Shown here one piece after another: positions 24,465 through 34,498 of a stretch of 64,000 nucleotides of DNA (positions are counted from its first letter, which is position 1; each line of letters starts with the position of its first letter). A program made the position numbers and the translations under genes. Source of the stretch: a virus; IMG/VR virus record IMGVR_UViG_3300045049_000339, positions 43,717-107,716 of that record, one strand, 5' to 3'. Under the pieces are notes generated by a model. The model saw nothing but the letters and a program-made list of their open reading frames with translations. It was not told where the DNA came from and searched no databases.

Positions 24465-25220
24465 TCAGCTCACCCCTGTCAGGATTCCGTTCGTGTACGA
24501 CAAAGTACCCGAGGACTGAATGTATCCGCCACCAGGTGCGGTGACGAACTCGCTGACCGTGCTGACCTCACCCAGCGAGTTGTACGTGAGCTGAATGAAC
24601 CGCGCGCCGTTGTCCTCGAAAATCGTGGAGACGTTCCCCGACGACGTCTGGTCCAGCACCTGGTACATCATCCCGAAGTTCTGGAAGGTCCACACAGTGC
24701 CGTCCGGAGACGTCGACACACCACTGGTCTGGTTGGACTGCTGCCACGTGTAGTAGTGCGAGGACGAACCGACCAGATTGGTGACAATGTGGTACTGCGT
24801 CGAGGCGGACAAACCGGTGGCTGGAAGCGGAATTGAGACCCAGAACGGCGCCGAGTAAACGTAGTTGTTGCTGATCGTCGTCGAGGCCAGCGCAGTGCCC
24901 GTGGGGAAGCCGCTGCCGTCCGCATACAGGCCCACCGTCAGAACCGGGATCAGGTTCAGCGTCGGGGAACCGCCTACGGCGGAAAGCTGCAAGTTCACAC
25001 TGCCGATGGCCGTCTGTGCTGCGCCGGTTACGATCGTCTGCGACACCCAGTTGTTCTGGGTGCCCTGGTAGACACCGGAACCGGTCGCCTGCTGCGTGAC
25101 GATCTTGCCGCCGGAATACAGGAACGTGCAGTTGTGCGACCCGATGAGCTGGTTGGCGAAACCGGAGTTCGCCGGAGTACCAGCCGCGAAAGACTGATAC
25201 GTGGGAGTGTTCGAGGCCAC
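24465..25220 (-). CDS. Minor tail protein
   Basis: Ser/Thr/Gly-rich; WVSQT, GLYADGSGFPTG, EDNGAR. Confidence 0.75.
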   Translation of the reverse strand: MASNTPTYQSFAAGTPANSGFANQLIGSHNCTFLYSGGKIVTQQATGSGVYQGTQNNWVSQTIVTGAAQTAIGSVNLQLSAVGGSPTLNLIPVLTVGLYADGSGFPTGTALASTTISNNYVYSAPFWVSIPLPATGLSASTQYHIVTNLVGSSSHYYTWQQSNQTSGVSTSPDGTVWTFQNFGMMYQVLDQTSSGNVSTIFEDNGARFIQLTYNSLGEVSTVSEFVTAPGGGYIQSSGTLSYTNGILTGVS

Positions 25221-25224
25221 CGGC

Positions 25225-25812
25225 TCACATCCCGGCGATAGCGAAAGACGTCTGGAGGATCAGCGTGTTCGTCGTCGGAACGGTGATGGTCGCTCCGAAG
25301 ACGAAGTGATCCAGCAGCGACCCGGAATTCGTCGAGGAAGAGGCGTTGCAGAACACCCCGGCCTCGGTGATCGACCACGTCACCGAGGGAGCCGGGAAGT
25401 AGAACAGCCAGGTGGCCTGAGCACTGATCGTCGCCGTGGCCGGAGAGGACGCACCGGCTCCCACGGTCTCTCTGGACAGCTCAGAGAAGAGCTGCGTGTC
25501 CGTGCTGGCTGTCGTGCCCGTACCGGTCCCCACGGCGCCGTAGAGCGGCGTCAAGTACGTCGGGGTGGTCACACCGAGGTTGGCCGCCTGGTCCTGGATT
25601 CCGGACCAGGAGATCGCACCGACCAGAACCGACAGACCAGCCGTGCACATGGTGTTGTCACCGGAGAGCTGGTCATTGATGACGTTGTCTGGCGGATTCA
25701 GCATCAGTGCGGTGTTGTGGCGGTGCGCCTGGAACCACTCGGTGTCGACCGTGGTGAGTGTGAGGTGGCCGTTGAAGGAGAAACTGCCCTGATGGGCAAG
25801 GATGCTAGCCAT
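25225..25812 (-). CDS. Minor tail / baseplate-associated protein
   Basis: ATG at 25812 after GGGAG; GAVGTGT...DTQLFSELSR...ITEAGVF. Confidence 0.75.
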   Translation of the reverse strand: MASILAHQGSFSFNGHLTLTTVDTEWFQAHRHNTALMLNPPDNVINDQLSGDNTMCTAGLSVLVGAISWSGIQDQAANLGVTTPTYLTPLYGAVGTGTGTTASTDTQLFSELSRETVGAGASSPATATISAQATWLFYFPAPSVTWSITEAGVFCNASSSTNSGSLLDHFVFGATITVPTTNTLILQTSFAIAGM

Positions 25813-26329
25813 GTTGACGCTCCCTGTCACAGGCACGGCAGTATCGACTCGTGCGACCAGTCCTCTGGTTTGTGTAGATCCTAGTGTTCTCGGCGTCGTA
25901 CTCATGCCCTTTGGGGCAGCAAGTCTTCTTGCTGTTTCTGGGGGTGATGTACGGCAATGCCCGTCTAACATTCTCACGATGCGAAACGGGATCAAGATGG
26001 TATGGGTTAACGCACTTTGCATTTCTACAAAGATGATCTAGTTCAAGCCCCATCGGAACCGGCCCGATGTGGTGCTCGTAGGAAAATCTATGCGCTGCAA
26101 CGAGTCCATCGGACGGACCAGAAAAGAACTTTCCATACCCCTTGCCGTCGCAGGAGGCAGACCATATCCAGCAGTCACCAACTTGCTGGACTTTCTCGAA
26201 GAATCTCTCAAGCTGGGACTTCCCCAATTTCTTGGGGATTGCCGCCCGGCGTTGAGCCTGGTAATGCTTGTCGCAGAGACCCTTGCGAATGCGCTCGGTG
26301 ACTTCCCGGCACTGCTGACAGACTGGCAT
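25805..26329 (-). CDS. HNH homing endonuclease
   Basis: ERFFEKV..CWIW...GYG...AHRFSYE...ELDHLCRNAKCVNPYHL...KTCCPKGHEY; lower GC. Confidence 0.9.
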   Translation of the reverse strand: MPVCQQCREVTERIRKGLCDKHYQAQRRAAIPKKLGKSQLERFFEKVQQVGDCWIWSASCDGKGYGKFFSGPSDGLVAAHRFSYEHHIGPVPMGLELDHLCRNAKCVNPYHLDPVSHRENVRRALPYITPRNSKKTCCPKGHEYDAENTRIYTNQRTGRTSRYCRACDRERQHG

Positions 26330-26343
26330 GGCCAGAGCATAAG

Positions 26344-26566
26344 CTAAGACCACGCTACAGTCGACCACGTCACCTGATCCCATCCCTGGTTCGTGGTCAC
26401 AGTACCAGTGACGGATGCCTCTGACATGGTGCTGGTCTCGTCCACTTCGCCGATGACACCGGTACCGGTGATGGTCGTATCGCCCTGCGTCGCCTGCTGG
26501 AGACCGCCGTTGAGCGTCCCCAAAATGTCGACAAAGGTGCTAATACGCCCGGAAAACTCCGGGCAT
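26344..26566 (-). pseudogene. Small tail-region gene with one extra base near its start (frameshifted or sequencing error)
   Basis: GAGGAGG RBS and ATG at 26566 lie 1 nt out of frame with SGRISTFVDILGTLNGGLQQ...WDQVTWSTVAWS*; span is 74 codons plus 1 nt. Confidence 0.55.
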
Positions 26567-26587
26567 CAAATCACCTCCTCTACGGCG

Positions 26588-28000
26588 TCAGACTCTGATC
26601 GCCGTGATCTGCGCCTGGCGATAACCGCCCTGGCTCACGAAGTTCACGCTGTTCCCGATGACGATGAAGGTATCCGTCAAGCCCCAGGAGTAGTTGTTCT
26701 GGGAGTTCGGGACCAGCGTCGTGGAAATCGTGCACGTCTCACCGGCACGCACCCACCCGAGGAAATCCTCCGAGGTGTTGAACGTGATGCGCTCGGCGGC
26801 GAAGGCGTACTCCTGCCGCTCACGCATCGCCCTTGACAGCGCCATGGGCGTCGTGATCAGCGACGTGTCGTTGATGTACTCCTCGTAGATGCCACGGTTC
26901 GGGCCGTTGTAGGTGTGCTGGGACGGGGTGTCGTTGGCCTGCGCGATAATCGGGATTTGGTAGTTGTACCAAATCTGAATACGCGTGCCGGAAGCCGGAG
27001 CGGTGCTGTTGCCGAGGTACCAACCGCCGAAGGAGTTCTGAGTGACGATCCAGCCGCTCGGAGTCGTCCCGGTGCTACCGGCCTGGATAACGGTCACCGG
27101 CTTGATCACGCCGTTGACCTTCAAGACCGGGTTGCCGGTCACCGTATACCGCAGACCCCAGGTGGTGGTGTTGCCGTCACCGAGCCAGGAACCGGTCGGA
27201 TTCCCCGTCGGATTGGTCGAGGTGCCGCTGAAGGAGATGGTCTGGTTGGCGCCCTGCACGAGGATCTTGTTGCGGATCGACGTGCCGTCCCATTCGTAAC
27301 CGAACTGGCCGTCCAGCAGGATGTGCCCCTGTGTGGTGTTGCCGCCGGACGTGGGCGTCGTGGTGAACGTGACGCCGGAAGCGATGGCCGTAGTGGCGTC
27401 ATAGAAGTGGAAATTGCGGTTCTCGTCGACATACCAGCCGTACGGGGTGACCTGGCTGGCGAGCTGGGAGAGCTTGCGCCATGCCTCGGAGAGCGTCGTG
27501 TAATTCAGGACGAAGCTGGAGAGCGTGGGACCGGGCGCGACGAAGCCGCCGTCCGCGATCCGCTTGGCCGTGATGCCGCAGTTCGCCTGCTGCGTCAGCT
27601 TGACGATGATCTGGTCCACGGTGAGGCCATAGAACTGCCCGGCCACGACCACGTTGTCAGCGTAGAACGTGTAGTCCGTGCACGACAGGTTCCACTCGTT
27701 GCGGTTCGGACCGGTGACAGCCAGGGTCGGATCGTTGACAACTCCGGCGAACAAGGTAACAGCCGCGATGTTGTCGTAGAGCTTCACCTGACTGAGCACA
27801 GGGATGTAGAAGTTCGGGTGCGTCTGTCCTTGCCAGTCGTCCACCAGGGGTATCGTCGCAGTATCCCCCTGGCGGCCGAAATTCTGGCGGATGGACATCT
27901 GCCCGCTTGCACCAGCCCACGCCATGTTGTTGGTGTAGTTGGTCGCCGTCCCGTTGGGCGGTGTGATGGTGAGGGTCAGATTCGGAGTGGAAATCGGCAC
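26588..28000 (-). CDS. Tail tip / baseplate hub protein
   Basis: First gene after tape measure; YGWYVDENRNFHF, IRNKILVQG. Confidence 0.75.
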   Translation of the reverse strand: MPISTPNLTLTITPPNGTATNYTNNMAWAGASGQMSIRQNFGRQGDTATIPLVDDWQGQTHPNFYIPVLSQVKLYDNIAAVTLFAGVVNDPTLAVTGPNRNEWNLSCTDYTFYADNVVVAGQFYGLTVDQIIVKLTQQANCGITAKRIADGGFVAPGPTLSSFVLNYTTLSEAWRKLSQLASQVTPYGWYVDENRNFHFYDATTAIASGVTFTTTPTSGGNTTQGHILLDGQFGYEWDGTSIRNKILVQGANQTISFSGTSTNPTGNPTGSWLGDGNTTTWGLRYTVTGNPVLKVNGVIKPVTVIQAGSTGTTPSGWIVTQNSFGGWYLGNSTAPASGTRIQIWYNYQIPIIAQANDTPSQHTYNGPNRGIYEEYINDTSLITTPMALSRAMRERQEYAFAAERITFNTSEDFLGWVRAGETCTISTTLVPNSQNNYSWGLTDTFIVIGNSVNFVSQGGYRQAQITAIRV

Positions 28001-28009
28001 CTGAACCCC

Positions 28010-31000
28010 TTAGAACTTGGACCGGTATCCGCCGGACGGCAGAACGACGGTAGCGAGGCGCTTTTCAACCTTCTGGATCAGCGCCTCCACGTCACGGTCG
28101 TTCATGATCTTGGCTTCGCGCAGATCGAAGTGAATGCTGACGGACGGAGCGCCGCCACCAGCGCCCATCACACCACCGGCCACGGTGAATCCGCCACCGA
28201 GGGTCATGCTGGTGTTAAGCGTGGACTTCGCCTGTGCCGTGAGACCGGCAGAAAGCGCCGCGACGGCACTCTTGGCCACGTGGGCGTGGTCGTTGACGCC
28301 TTTAGCGATGCCGTGCGGAATCCATTTGCCGATCTCTTCGGCGAACAGCTTCGATGGCGAACCGATGCCGAGGAAAGACTTGGCCGCATTCAGGGCGTCA
28401 TTGGCGAGGCCCTTGATCTTGTCCATCAGCCAGCTTGCCGCACTGGAAATACCGTTGATAATGCCAGTGACAATGTCCTGGCCGACCTGAAGGAATCCCT
28501 TCACGAATCCGACCAGCCAGTGCCACCCGTCGATGAGCGGCTGAATGATCCAGTGCTTGATCAGGGACCAGGCTGCCTTGACCGTGATCAAGATGCCCTT
28601 CCAGGTGGAATCCAAAATCCACGAGATAAAGTGGACAATTGGCTGTATTTGCTGCCAGACCCACTTCATTGGCTGAATGATAAATTCTTTGATCAAATTC
28701 CAGGCAGCCTGGGCAGTCATCTTTATGCCATTCCAGGTCTGCTGGAAAAACCACTTGATTCCATTCCACACCGCTTTTGCCACGGAGACAATTTGCGAGT
28801 GGAAATGATTCCAAATAGCCATCAGAACCGCGATCGGCGTCGCGAAAATGACCAGCAGAAGTGGCCACCATTTCTTGAAGAATCCGGTGATTCCGTCCCA
28901 GACCTCGGATGTCACCTTTGCGATGTCATTCCAGATCGAAGACAGGAATCCCCAGACCGCTTTCGCTGCGGCAACCACTGCATTCCATGCGGCCTGGAGT
29001 CCGTGCCAGGCAGCCTCCGCCGCCTTGACGACCCACTTGAAAGCAGCGACTACTGCGGAAATGGCAACCCTGACGGCCGTTTCAACACCCTTCATAACCG
29101 CCATCACCACTTCGCGGAAAGTCTTGAAGTGGGTCCAGCAGTAAATCAGGATGAGGATGATCGCAGAAATGATGGCGACGACCGGATTCGCTTCGAGGAG
29201 CATCATGACGCCCTCGAAGATTTCAATGGCCATCGTGACCGCCTTGACCGCGCCGATAACGGCGAGGAGGGCGGCAGCCACCTTGAACGCCGTGGCGACC
29301 AGGGTCTGGTGCTGCTGCACCCACTTCATGATCGGGCCGACAACCTGATTGATCGCCTTCGCGATACTCACAACCGCCGGAAGCAGCGCCGTGCCGATGG
29401 CGATGCCGGTGTTCGTGATGGACGCCTTGAGGGCGTTCATCTGGTATCCGGCCGTCTTCTGCACGTCGGCGAAGCCCTTGACGCGTCCGTGCGCGTCGGC
29501 TGAAGCCGCGCCGATATTCGCAATCGCCTTGGCGGTTTCCGCAGAGTTCTTGCCGGTGGTCTCCAGCATCACGTTCAAACCGGCGGCCGTGCCGATGGTC
29601 GCCTTGAGCGCCCCGGCGTACGTCTGACCGATCTTCGGAGCACCAGCGGCGGCCTGCTTGGCGAGCCAGTCTAGCGTGCCACCAAGGCCACGGGAGGAAA
29701 GGCTGTTGGTGACATCCTGGGTGCTGATTCCCAGGGCTTTCCACTCCTTCTCCATGGCCTTCGAGGGGCCTTCGAGGGAGCGGATCGCCATGGCCAGGTT
29801 CTGCGACGCACGCTGTGCCGTGACGCCGTGCGAGGTCATTTCAGCGAGCACACCGGCCACGTCGTTGAACTTGATGCCGACGGCAGAAGCAATCGGCAGC
29901 ACGTTCGCCATGGAGGCGGACATCGTCTGGAAGTTCGCCTTGCCGGAGGACACCGCCGCGACAAGCTGGGAGGTGACATTCGCGGCGTCGGAACCGGACT
30001 TGTGGTAGTCCTTCAGAATGTCGGTGACGGCATTGGCCACCGTGCCGAAATCCGAGCCTTCGAGCTGCGCGCCCTCTGTGGACGCCCGAAGGACGTCCAT
30101 GCCGCCATGCGCGGCGTCGAATCCAGCAGCCTCCACCGTGTACATCGACTTGGCGAGATCATTCGCCGACGTACCAGTCTGCTGTGCCACCTGCATGATT
30201 CCGGAGCGCACCTGACCGAGGGCGCTCTGTGACTCACCGGCTGTCGTTACCAGACGCTGGGTGAGCGTCTGGAAGTTCATGGCCGACTTGATCGACTCGT
30301 AGCCGATTCCGGCGACTACGGCAGCGCCCATGAAGGCCGCGTTCTTGGCCTTCGCCATACTTGCGGCATTGCGCTCATTCGAGACAGCGGCCTTGTCGCT
30401 GGCGCCGCCTTCTTTCAGAGCTGCCGCTGCGGCAAGCTCTTCTTTGGCCGCCACATCACCAGCGGCAGCGGCCGTGCGCAGTTGCACCTCTGCGAGACGC
30501 GCCTGCGCAGCCTCCGCCTCGCGGGAGGCCGCTGCGACATTCCGCTCGGCCTTGGAGAGGCGCTCAGCGGCTGCCGAGGCGTCCGCCTGGGTGACGAGGC
30601 CGGACTGATCCTTCTGTGCGGCGGCAAGCTCTTTCGCCGTGATGGAGGCTTCCCGCTGTGCGATGGACAATTTCTCCATCGCGCTGGCAAGAAGATCGCC
30701 CTGGATCTTCTCCTGTTTGAAGGTGGTGACGACTTCCTTCGCGCGCCCCAGCTCATTTGCCGCCGCTGTGGCACGCTCCTGTGCGGCTGTCACTCGATCG
30801 GCGGCAGCCGCCAGTTCGTCCTCGGTGGCGATGGCCTCACGGGCTCCGAGAAGCTGTTGCTCAGCGGCAGCCTGCTCTCGGGTGGCTGCCGCCAACTTCT
30901 CCTGCGCCGTAGAGGCACGCGCAGCCGCCAGATCCAAGGCGTCGGCGCCGGACGCGCTCTGGAGCATGCTGGAGTCCATGGTGGCTCCAGCACTCTCCGC

Positions 31001-31129
31001 TGCCCTCGCGGCCATCTCGGCAGCGTCGGCCGTAGCGCCGAAGCTCTCCGAGATGCGCCCCAGAACGCTTGAAACAAGGTCGACGCCCTTGATGGTCGCG
31101 AGAATCGAAATAGCCTCAGTGAGAGCCAC
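28010..31129 (-). CDS. Tape measure protein
   Basis: 1039 aa, Ala-rich; TP901-like core (AKSMYTVEAAG, AVSSGKANF); Trp-periodic repeats; FLGIGSPSKLF. Confidence 0.93.
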   Translation of the reverse strand: MALTEAISILATIKGVDLVSSVLGRISESFGATADAAEMAARAAESAGATMDSSMLQSASGADALDLAAARASTAQEKLAAATREQAAAEQQLLGAREAIATEDELAAAADRVTAAQERATAAANELGRAKEVVTTFKQEKIQGDLLASAMEKLSIAQREASITAKELAAAQKDQSGLVTQADASAAAERLSKAERNVAAASREAEAAQARLAEVQLRTAAAAGDVAAKEELAAAAALKEGGASDKAAVSNERNAASMAKAKNAAFMGAAVVAGIGYESIKSAMNFQTLTQRLVTTAGESQSALGQVRSGIMQVAQQTGTSANDLAKSMYTVEAAGFDAAHGGMDVLRASTEGAQLEGSDFGTVANAVTDILKDYHKSGSDAANVTSQLVAAVSSGKANFQTMSASMANVLPIASAVGIKFNDVAGVLAEMTSHGVTAQRASQNLAMAIRSLEGPSKAMEKEWKALGISTQDVTNSLSSRGLGGTLDWLAKQAAAGAPKIGQTYAGALKATIGTAAGLNVMLETTGKNSAETAKAIANIGAASADAHGRVKGFADVQKTAGYQMNALKASITNTGIAIGTALLPAVVSIAKAINQVVGPIMKWVQQHQTLVATAFKVAAALLAVIGAVKAVTMAIEIFEGVMMLLEANPVVAIISAIILILIYCWTHFKTFREVVMAVMKGVETAVRVAISAVVAAFKWVVKAAEAAWHGLQAAWNAVVAAAKAVWGFLSSIWNDIAKVTSEVWDGITGFFKKWWPLLLVIFATPIAVLMAIWNHFHSQIVSVAKAVWNGIKWFFQQTWNGIKMTAQAAWNLIKEFIIQPMKWVWQQIQPIVHFISWILDSTWKGILITVKAAWSLIKHWIIQPLIDGWHWLVGFVKGFLQVGQDIVTGIINGISSAASWLMDKIKGLANDALNAAKSFLGIGSPSKLFAEEIGKWIPHGIAKGVNDHAHVAKSAVAALSAGLTAQAKSTLNTSMTLGGGFTVAGGVMGAGGGAPSVSIHFDLREAKIMNDRDVEALIQKVEKRLATVVLPSGGYRSKF

Positions 31130-31331
31130 TCTGACGCCTCCGATGCTCTTCCTCGCGCCGAATCATCTGCATATAGAAGATGATTTCTTCGGCTTCACGC
31201 CAAGGCAGTTGCCGGAACTCCTCAAGGGACATTCCGATTTGGTCTTTAAGCTCACGCCTCAAGAGGAACGTCGAGAAGCTCGGCGGACCCGCCGTCCCCA
31301 TCCGAATCGCCGCTGACGTCTTCAACAGGAA
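31116..31331 (-). CDS. Tail assembly chaperone frameshift extension (gpT-like)
   Basis: Overlapping +1 frame FLLKTSAAIR...IGMSLEEFRQLPWREAEEIIFY between chaperone and tape measure. Confidence 0.6.
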   Translation of the reverse strand, partial: FLLKTSAAIRMGTAGPPSFSTFLLRRELKDQIGMSLEEFRQLPWREAEEIIFYMQMIRREEEHRRRQSGSH

Positions 31332-31686
31332 ACTGACGCTGCTCCTGCGGCGACAGATCCTGGTTCTGGCCGTCCACGACGTCCCAGAGCTGGTCGAAAA
31401 TGCCAACCGGAAGCATCTGCACGTGCTTCAGATCGACCGGCCACACCACGCCGTTGTCGTCGTCGAGGTTCCACGCCTTGATGGACGCCAGCAGCATCTG
31501 CTGACGGTAGCGCGCAACGTCCGGAGTCGGGGTGGCCACGCCCTTGACCATGACGACCTTGGAAAGGCAGCGCTCCGCCTCTTCCTTGGCGCCCTGGGAG
31601 ACGTAGTCGTGCAGATCGACCCAGTAGTTGCGCGCCTCGTCGATGACGATCCGGCGCGAACCCTCGTAGACAGAAAGGAATCCCAT
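31252..31686 (-). CDS. Tail assembly chaperone (gpG-like)
   Basis: Lies between major tail and tape measure genes; SIKAWNLDDDNG..WPV. Confidence 0.8.
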   Translation of the reverse strand: MGFLSVYEGSRRIVIDEARNYWVDLHDYVSQGAKEEAERCLSKVVMVKGVATPTPDVARYRQQMLLASIKAWNLDDDNGVVWPVDLKHVQMLPVGIFDQLWDVVDGQNQDLSPQEQRQFPVEDVSGDSDGDGGSAELLDVPLEA

Positions 31687-31695
31687 GTTCTCCCC

Positions 31696-32229
31696 TTAAT
31701 TTTTCTCGTGCTTCCGCTGGTAGTGTTCACGGACGCGCTTCCGGGAACACTCCTTGCAGATGCGTGCCCCGGTCTTCTGCCTCCAGACGTTCTCCTCAGA
31801 GAGAAGATGCCCATGGATGCAGTGGGTTTTGTCTGCGTAGGCTCTGCGCATGTTTTCGAGATGGGTCACGGCTTCCAGGTGGTCTGGACGCACGCAACTA
31901 CGATTCTTGCAGAGATGGTCAATCTCCAGGCCATCTTCGATAGGGCCATTGATCAGCTCATAAGAGAACCTATGGGCTATGACGTGGGTTTTTCCCAGCC
32001 GGAACAGCCCGTAGCCGTTTCTATCGGCATGACCTTCGTAGATCCAGCACTGGTCAGTCTTCCGGACCTTGGGCCAGAATCGCAGCGCTGGATCTACGTT
32101 GTGGAGCCGGAGTGGAACATCAGCCCGAACATCACCAGTCTGGAACCAGCGCATGTAATGCGCCAAGCACCAGCCCTTGGATCGCACTGGACGGTTGCAC
32201 GTCTCCACGGAGCACTCAACTTGTGTCAC
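31696..32229 (-). CDS. HNH homing endonuclease
   Basis: RFWPKV..CWIY...AHRFSYE...IDHLCKNRSCVRPDHLEAVT...KTHCIHGH. Confidence 0.9.
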   Translation of the reverse strand: MTQVECSVETCNRPVRSKGWCLAHYMRWFQTGDVRADVPLRLHNVDPALRFWPKVRKTDQCWIYEGHADRNGYGLFRLGKTHVIAHRFSYELINGPIEDGLEIDHLCKNRSCVRPDHLEAVTHLENMRRAYADKTHCIHGHLLSEENVWRQKTGARICKECSRKRVREHYQRKHEKN

Positions 32230-32261
32230 GAAGGAATGATAACACGAGTTAAGTGTACGAA

Positions 32262-33710
32262 CTAATATGGCAAATAGACACTGTTCGAGACGGTCGCCTG
32301 AATCGTGTACTGTGCACCTCCGGAGAGGGAACGGCTCGCCTCAAAGGACATACTGGACATAATTGGGTCCGACATCTTCACGTCGTTCGCATACTTGCTG
32401 AGAGCAATCTGCGGGCAGACGAAGTTGATGGTGCTCGAAAGAGACGGGTGCTGGAGCTGGAACCCGAGCGCACCCAGCGTCTGGTTGGCCATGCGGTTGA
32501 AGTCACCGTACGTGGCGTCGTCCAGGCTGTCCCAGACCACGTCCACGGAGCCGTTCACGTGCAGCGTGACTGGCGTCAGGAACGACGGACCGTGCTGTCC
32601 GGAATACGTGTACGTCTCTTTCACGCCGTTCTCGATGACCAGGTTGACGTTGCTGGTCTCCGCGCGCAGCGAGCCGTAGAAGTTCAGCGACGCTTCGGTG
32701 AACACGAACGGCAGCTCGTTGGTCACCGAGATAGCCGTCGGAGAATCCAGGACGGTCACCGACCGGCCCATCAGGTCAGCCGTCATCTCAGCGGCGGTAT
32801 TGCCGACCGGCATCTTCAGGTCGAACTTGTTCACGCGGCAACCGGCGAACTGGAGCGACTGAAAATTACCGAGGTTCTTCTCCACCGTCAGCGAGGGAAT
32901 GGTGCTGGCGCCCTCGACGAAGGTGTGCGTGAACGGTCCAGCGGTGGCCACCAGCGAGATGTTCACACCGGACGCGTGCGCGTACGTAAGACCAACGTCC
33001 AGCGTCAGAGTGTTGGTGGAAATGTTGGTGATCTTCCGGCACTCCGCAGTGGTCGTACCGGAAACCGAGTTCACGTCGATCTGGACGATGTTTCCGACAG
33101 CCAAACCGGCGGCCGAAGTCGCGGTGATGGTCGTGGCACCGACGATCGTGGACCCCGAGGAGATCGTGGTCGGCGCATAGGTGGAAATCGCCACGCCAGA
33201 CGCGTGAGCGAAGGCGAAGGCGTCCGCCACCGTGACAACCGAACCGGCCACGTTGGTGATCTTACGGACCTCCTGGAAGGAGCCCGTGTCGATGGTGAGC
33301 TGCTGGTTGGTGGCGAAACCAGTCGCAGACGTCACCGTGACCGTCGTAGCACCAGCGCTGACAGAGCCGTTAACGGTCGTAGAGGTCAAACTGGCGAAGG
33401 TGCCAGTGACGCCGTAGCCGACCGTCGCGTCCGCGCCGACCGAAGCCGCGACCAGCGCCATGGCGTTGGATGGGAAGATCGGACCGGCAATGGCGCCGTT
33501 GTACTTCGCCTCGCCCTGAAGGTTGAACACATGCAGGTCACGCAGACCCATCATGAGTTCGGGCGAGAACCAACCAGGCTCCTCCTCCATGGTGTTGGAC
33601 ATCATGGGAAGGAACGTGGATGGAGTAACCGGGGTGCCGAAGGTGGCCTCTTTGGCAAGGCCGGTTGCGGAAAGACTACCGAGCTTCTCAGTAATCGTTG
33701 GGAAAGCCAC
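32262..33710 (-). CDS. Major tail (tube) protein with internal duplicated beta domain
   Basis: GLAKEATFGT, PSLTVEK, FAGCRVNKF; two internal repeats (GATTVTVTSA..E.RKITN..AHASGV). Confidence 0.85.
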   Translation of the reverse strand: MAFPTITEKLGSLSATGLAKEATFGTPVTPSTFLPMMSNTMEEEPGWFSPELMMGLRDLHVFNLQGEAKYNGAIAGPIFPSNAMALVAASVGADATVGYGVTGTFASLTSTTVNGSVSAGATTVTVTSATGFATNQQLTIDTGSFQEVRKITNVAGSVVTVADAFAFAHASGVAISTYAPTTISSGSTIVGATTITATSAAGLAVGNIVQIDVNSVSGTTTAECRKITNISTNTLTLDVGLTYAHASGVNISLVATAGPFTHTFVEGASTIPSLTVEKNLGNFQSLQFAGCRVNKFDLKMPVGNTAAEMTADLMGRSVTVLDSPTAISVTNELPFVFTEASLNFYGSLRAETSNVNLVIENGVKETYTYSGQHGPSFLTPVTLHVNGSVDVVWDSLDDATYGDFNRMANQTLGALGFQLQHPSLSSTINFVCPQIALSKYANDVKMSDPIMSSMSFEASRSLSGGAQYTIQATVSNSVYLPY

Positions 33711-33719
33711 GGTCCCTCC

Positions 33720-33995
33720 TTACAGGGTCTCGGTGGTCTCAGCCGGGGTGGCCTCGACGGCTTCTGGGAGCGGCTCAGGCTCAGGAAGCGGCTCCGGAAG
33801 CGGTTCCGGGGCCGCTTTCTTCTTTGCGAGCTTCACGGTCTCCTCCTGCGGCTCGAAGACCTCCTCGAAGTCATCTCGCCGCAGAAAGGAATCAGCCAGC
33901 TCATCAGGGACCGTAAACTCCGCACCCGGCTCCACTTCGCCGACACCGGCAGTGGTAAAGGTGACGGTGACCGACCCCGTGTAGCGCAGTTTCAC
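33720..33995 (-). CDS. Small acidic virion-associated protein
   Basis: AGGAGG RBS; VEPGAEFTVPD; PEPL repeats. Confidence 0.7.
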   Translation of the reverse strand: MKLRYTGSVTVTFTTAGVGEVEPGAEFTVPDELADSFLRRDDFEEVFEPQEETVKLAKKKAAPEPLPEPLPEPEPLPEAVEATPAETTETL

Positions 33996-34003
33996 GGGTC
34001 CTC

Positions 34004-34498
34004 CTATGCCTGCTCGGGCTTGATGCGTTCCTGCACGAGAACTTCGAGGGAACGGCCAACCTCGCCTTTAACTGCCTCGACGGCTCGCTTGGGAAAATTG
34101 TTCGCCGTGGTGCCTGGGTGATCCACCCAGCTCCGATAGGTGTCCTTGCCGTCACGATTCCAGTGCAGCAACGGGAAATTGTCGCCAGACAGCGGAATGC
34201 GGTGCCGACGCGTTCCGCCGATCACGAACTTGGCGTACTCCGCATCCGAGATGAACGTCATCTCGATACCGGAGCCGATGCTGCCGCCGATGGAATCCAG
34301 CTTGATTGAATCACGCAGATGACCAGGCTGCTGGCCACGGGAGAGCTTCTCATCGTTGTACTTGTAGATGGGGGCTTCCCGCTTCAATGCGTCGAGGACG
34401 ATCGGAGCCACACGACTGCGCCACGTCGCAGCCATCGGCTTGAAAGCCCACTTGGAGAAGGAAACACGGCCGCCCTTGACAGTGATTTCAACGCTCAC
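34004..34498 (-). CDS. HK97 gp10-like neck / tail-completion protein
   Basis: EAP...GHLRDSI...YAKFVIGGTRRH...VDHPGT..NNF. Confidence 0.75.
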   Translation of the reverse strand: MSVEITVKGGRVSFSKWAFKPMAATWRSRVAPIVLDALKREAPIYKYNDEKLSRGQQPGHLRDSIKLDSIGGSIGSGIEMTFISDAEYAKFVIGGTRRHRIPLSGDNFPLLHWNRDGKDTYRSWVDHPGTTANNFPKRAVEAVKGEVGRSLEVLVQERIKPEQA

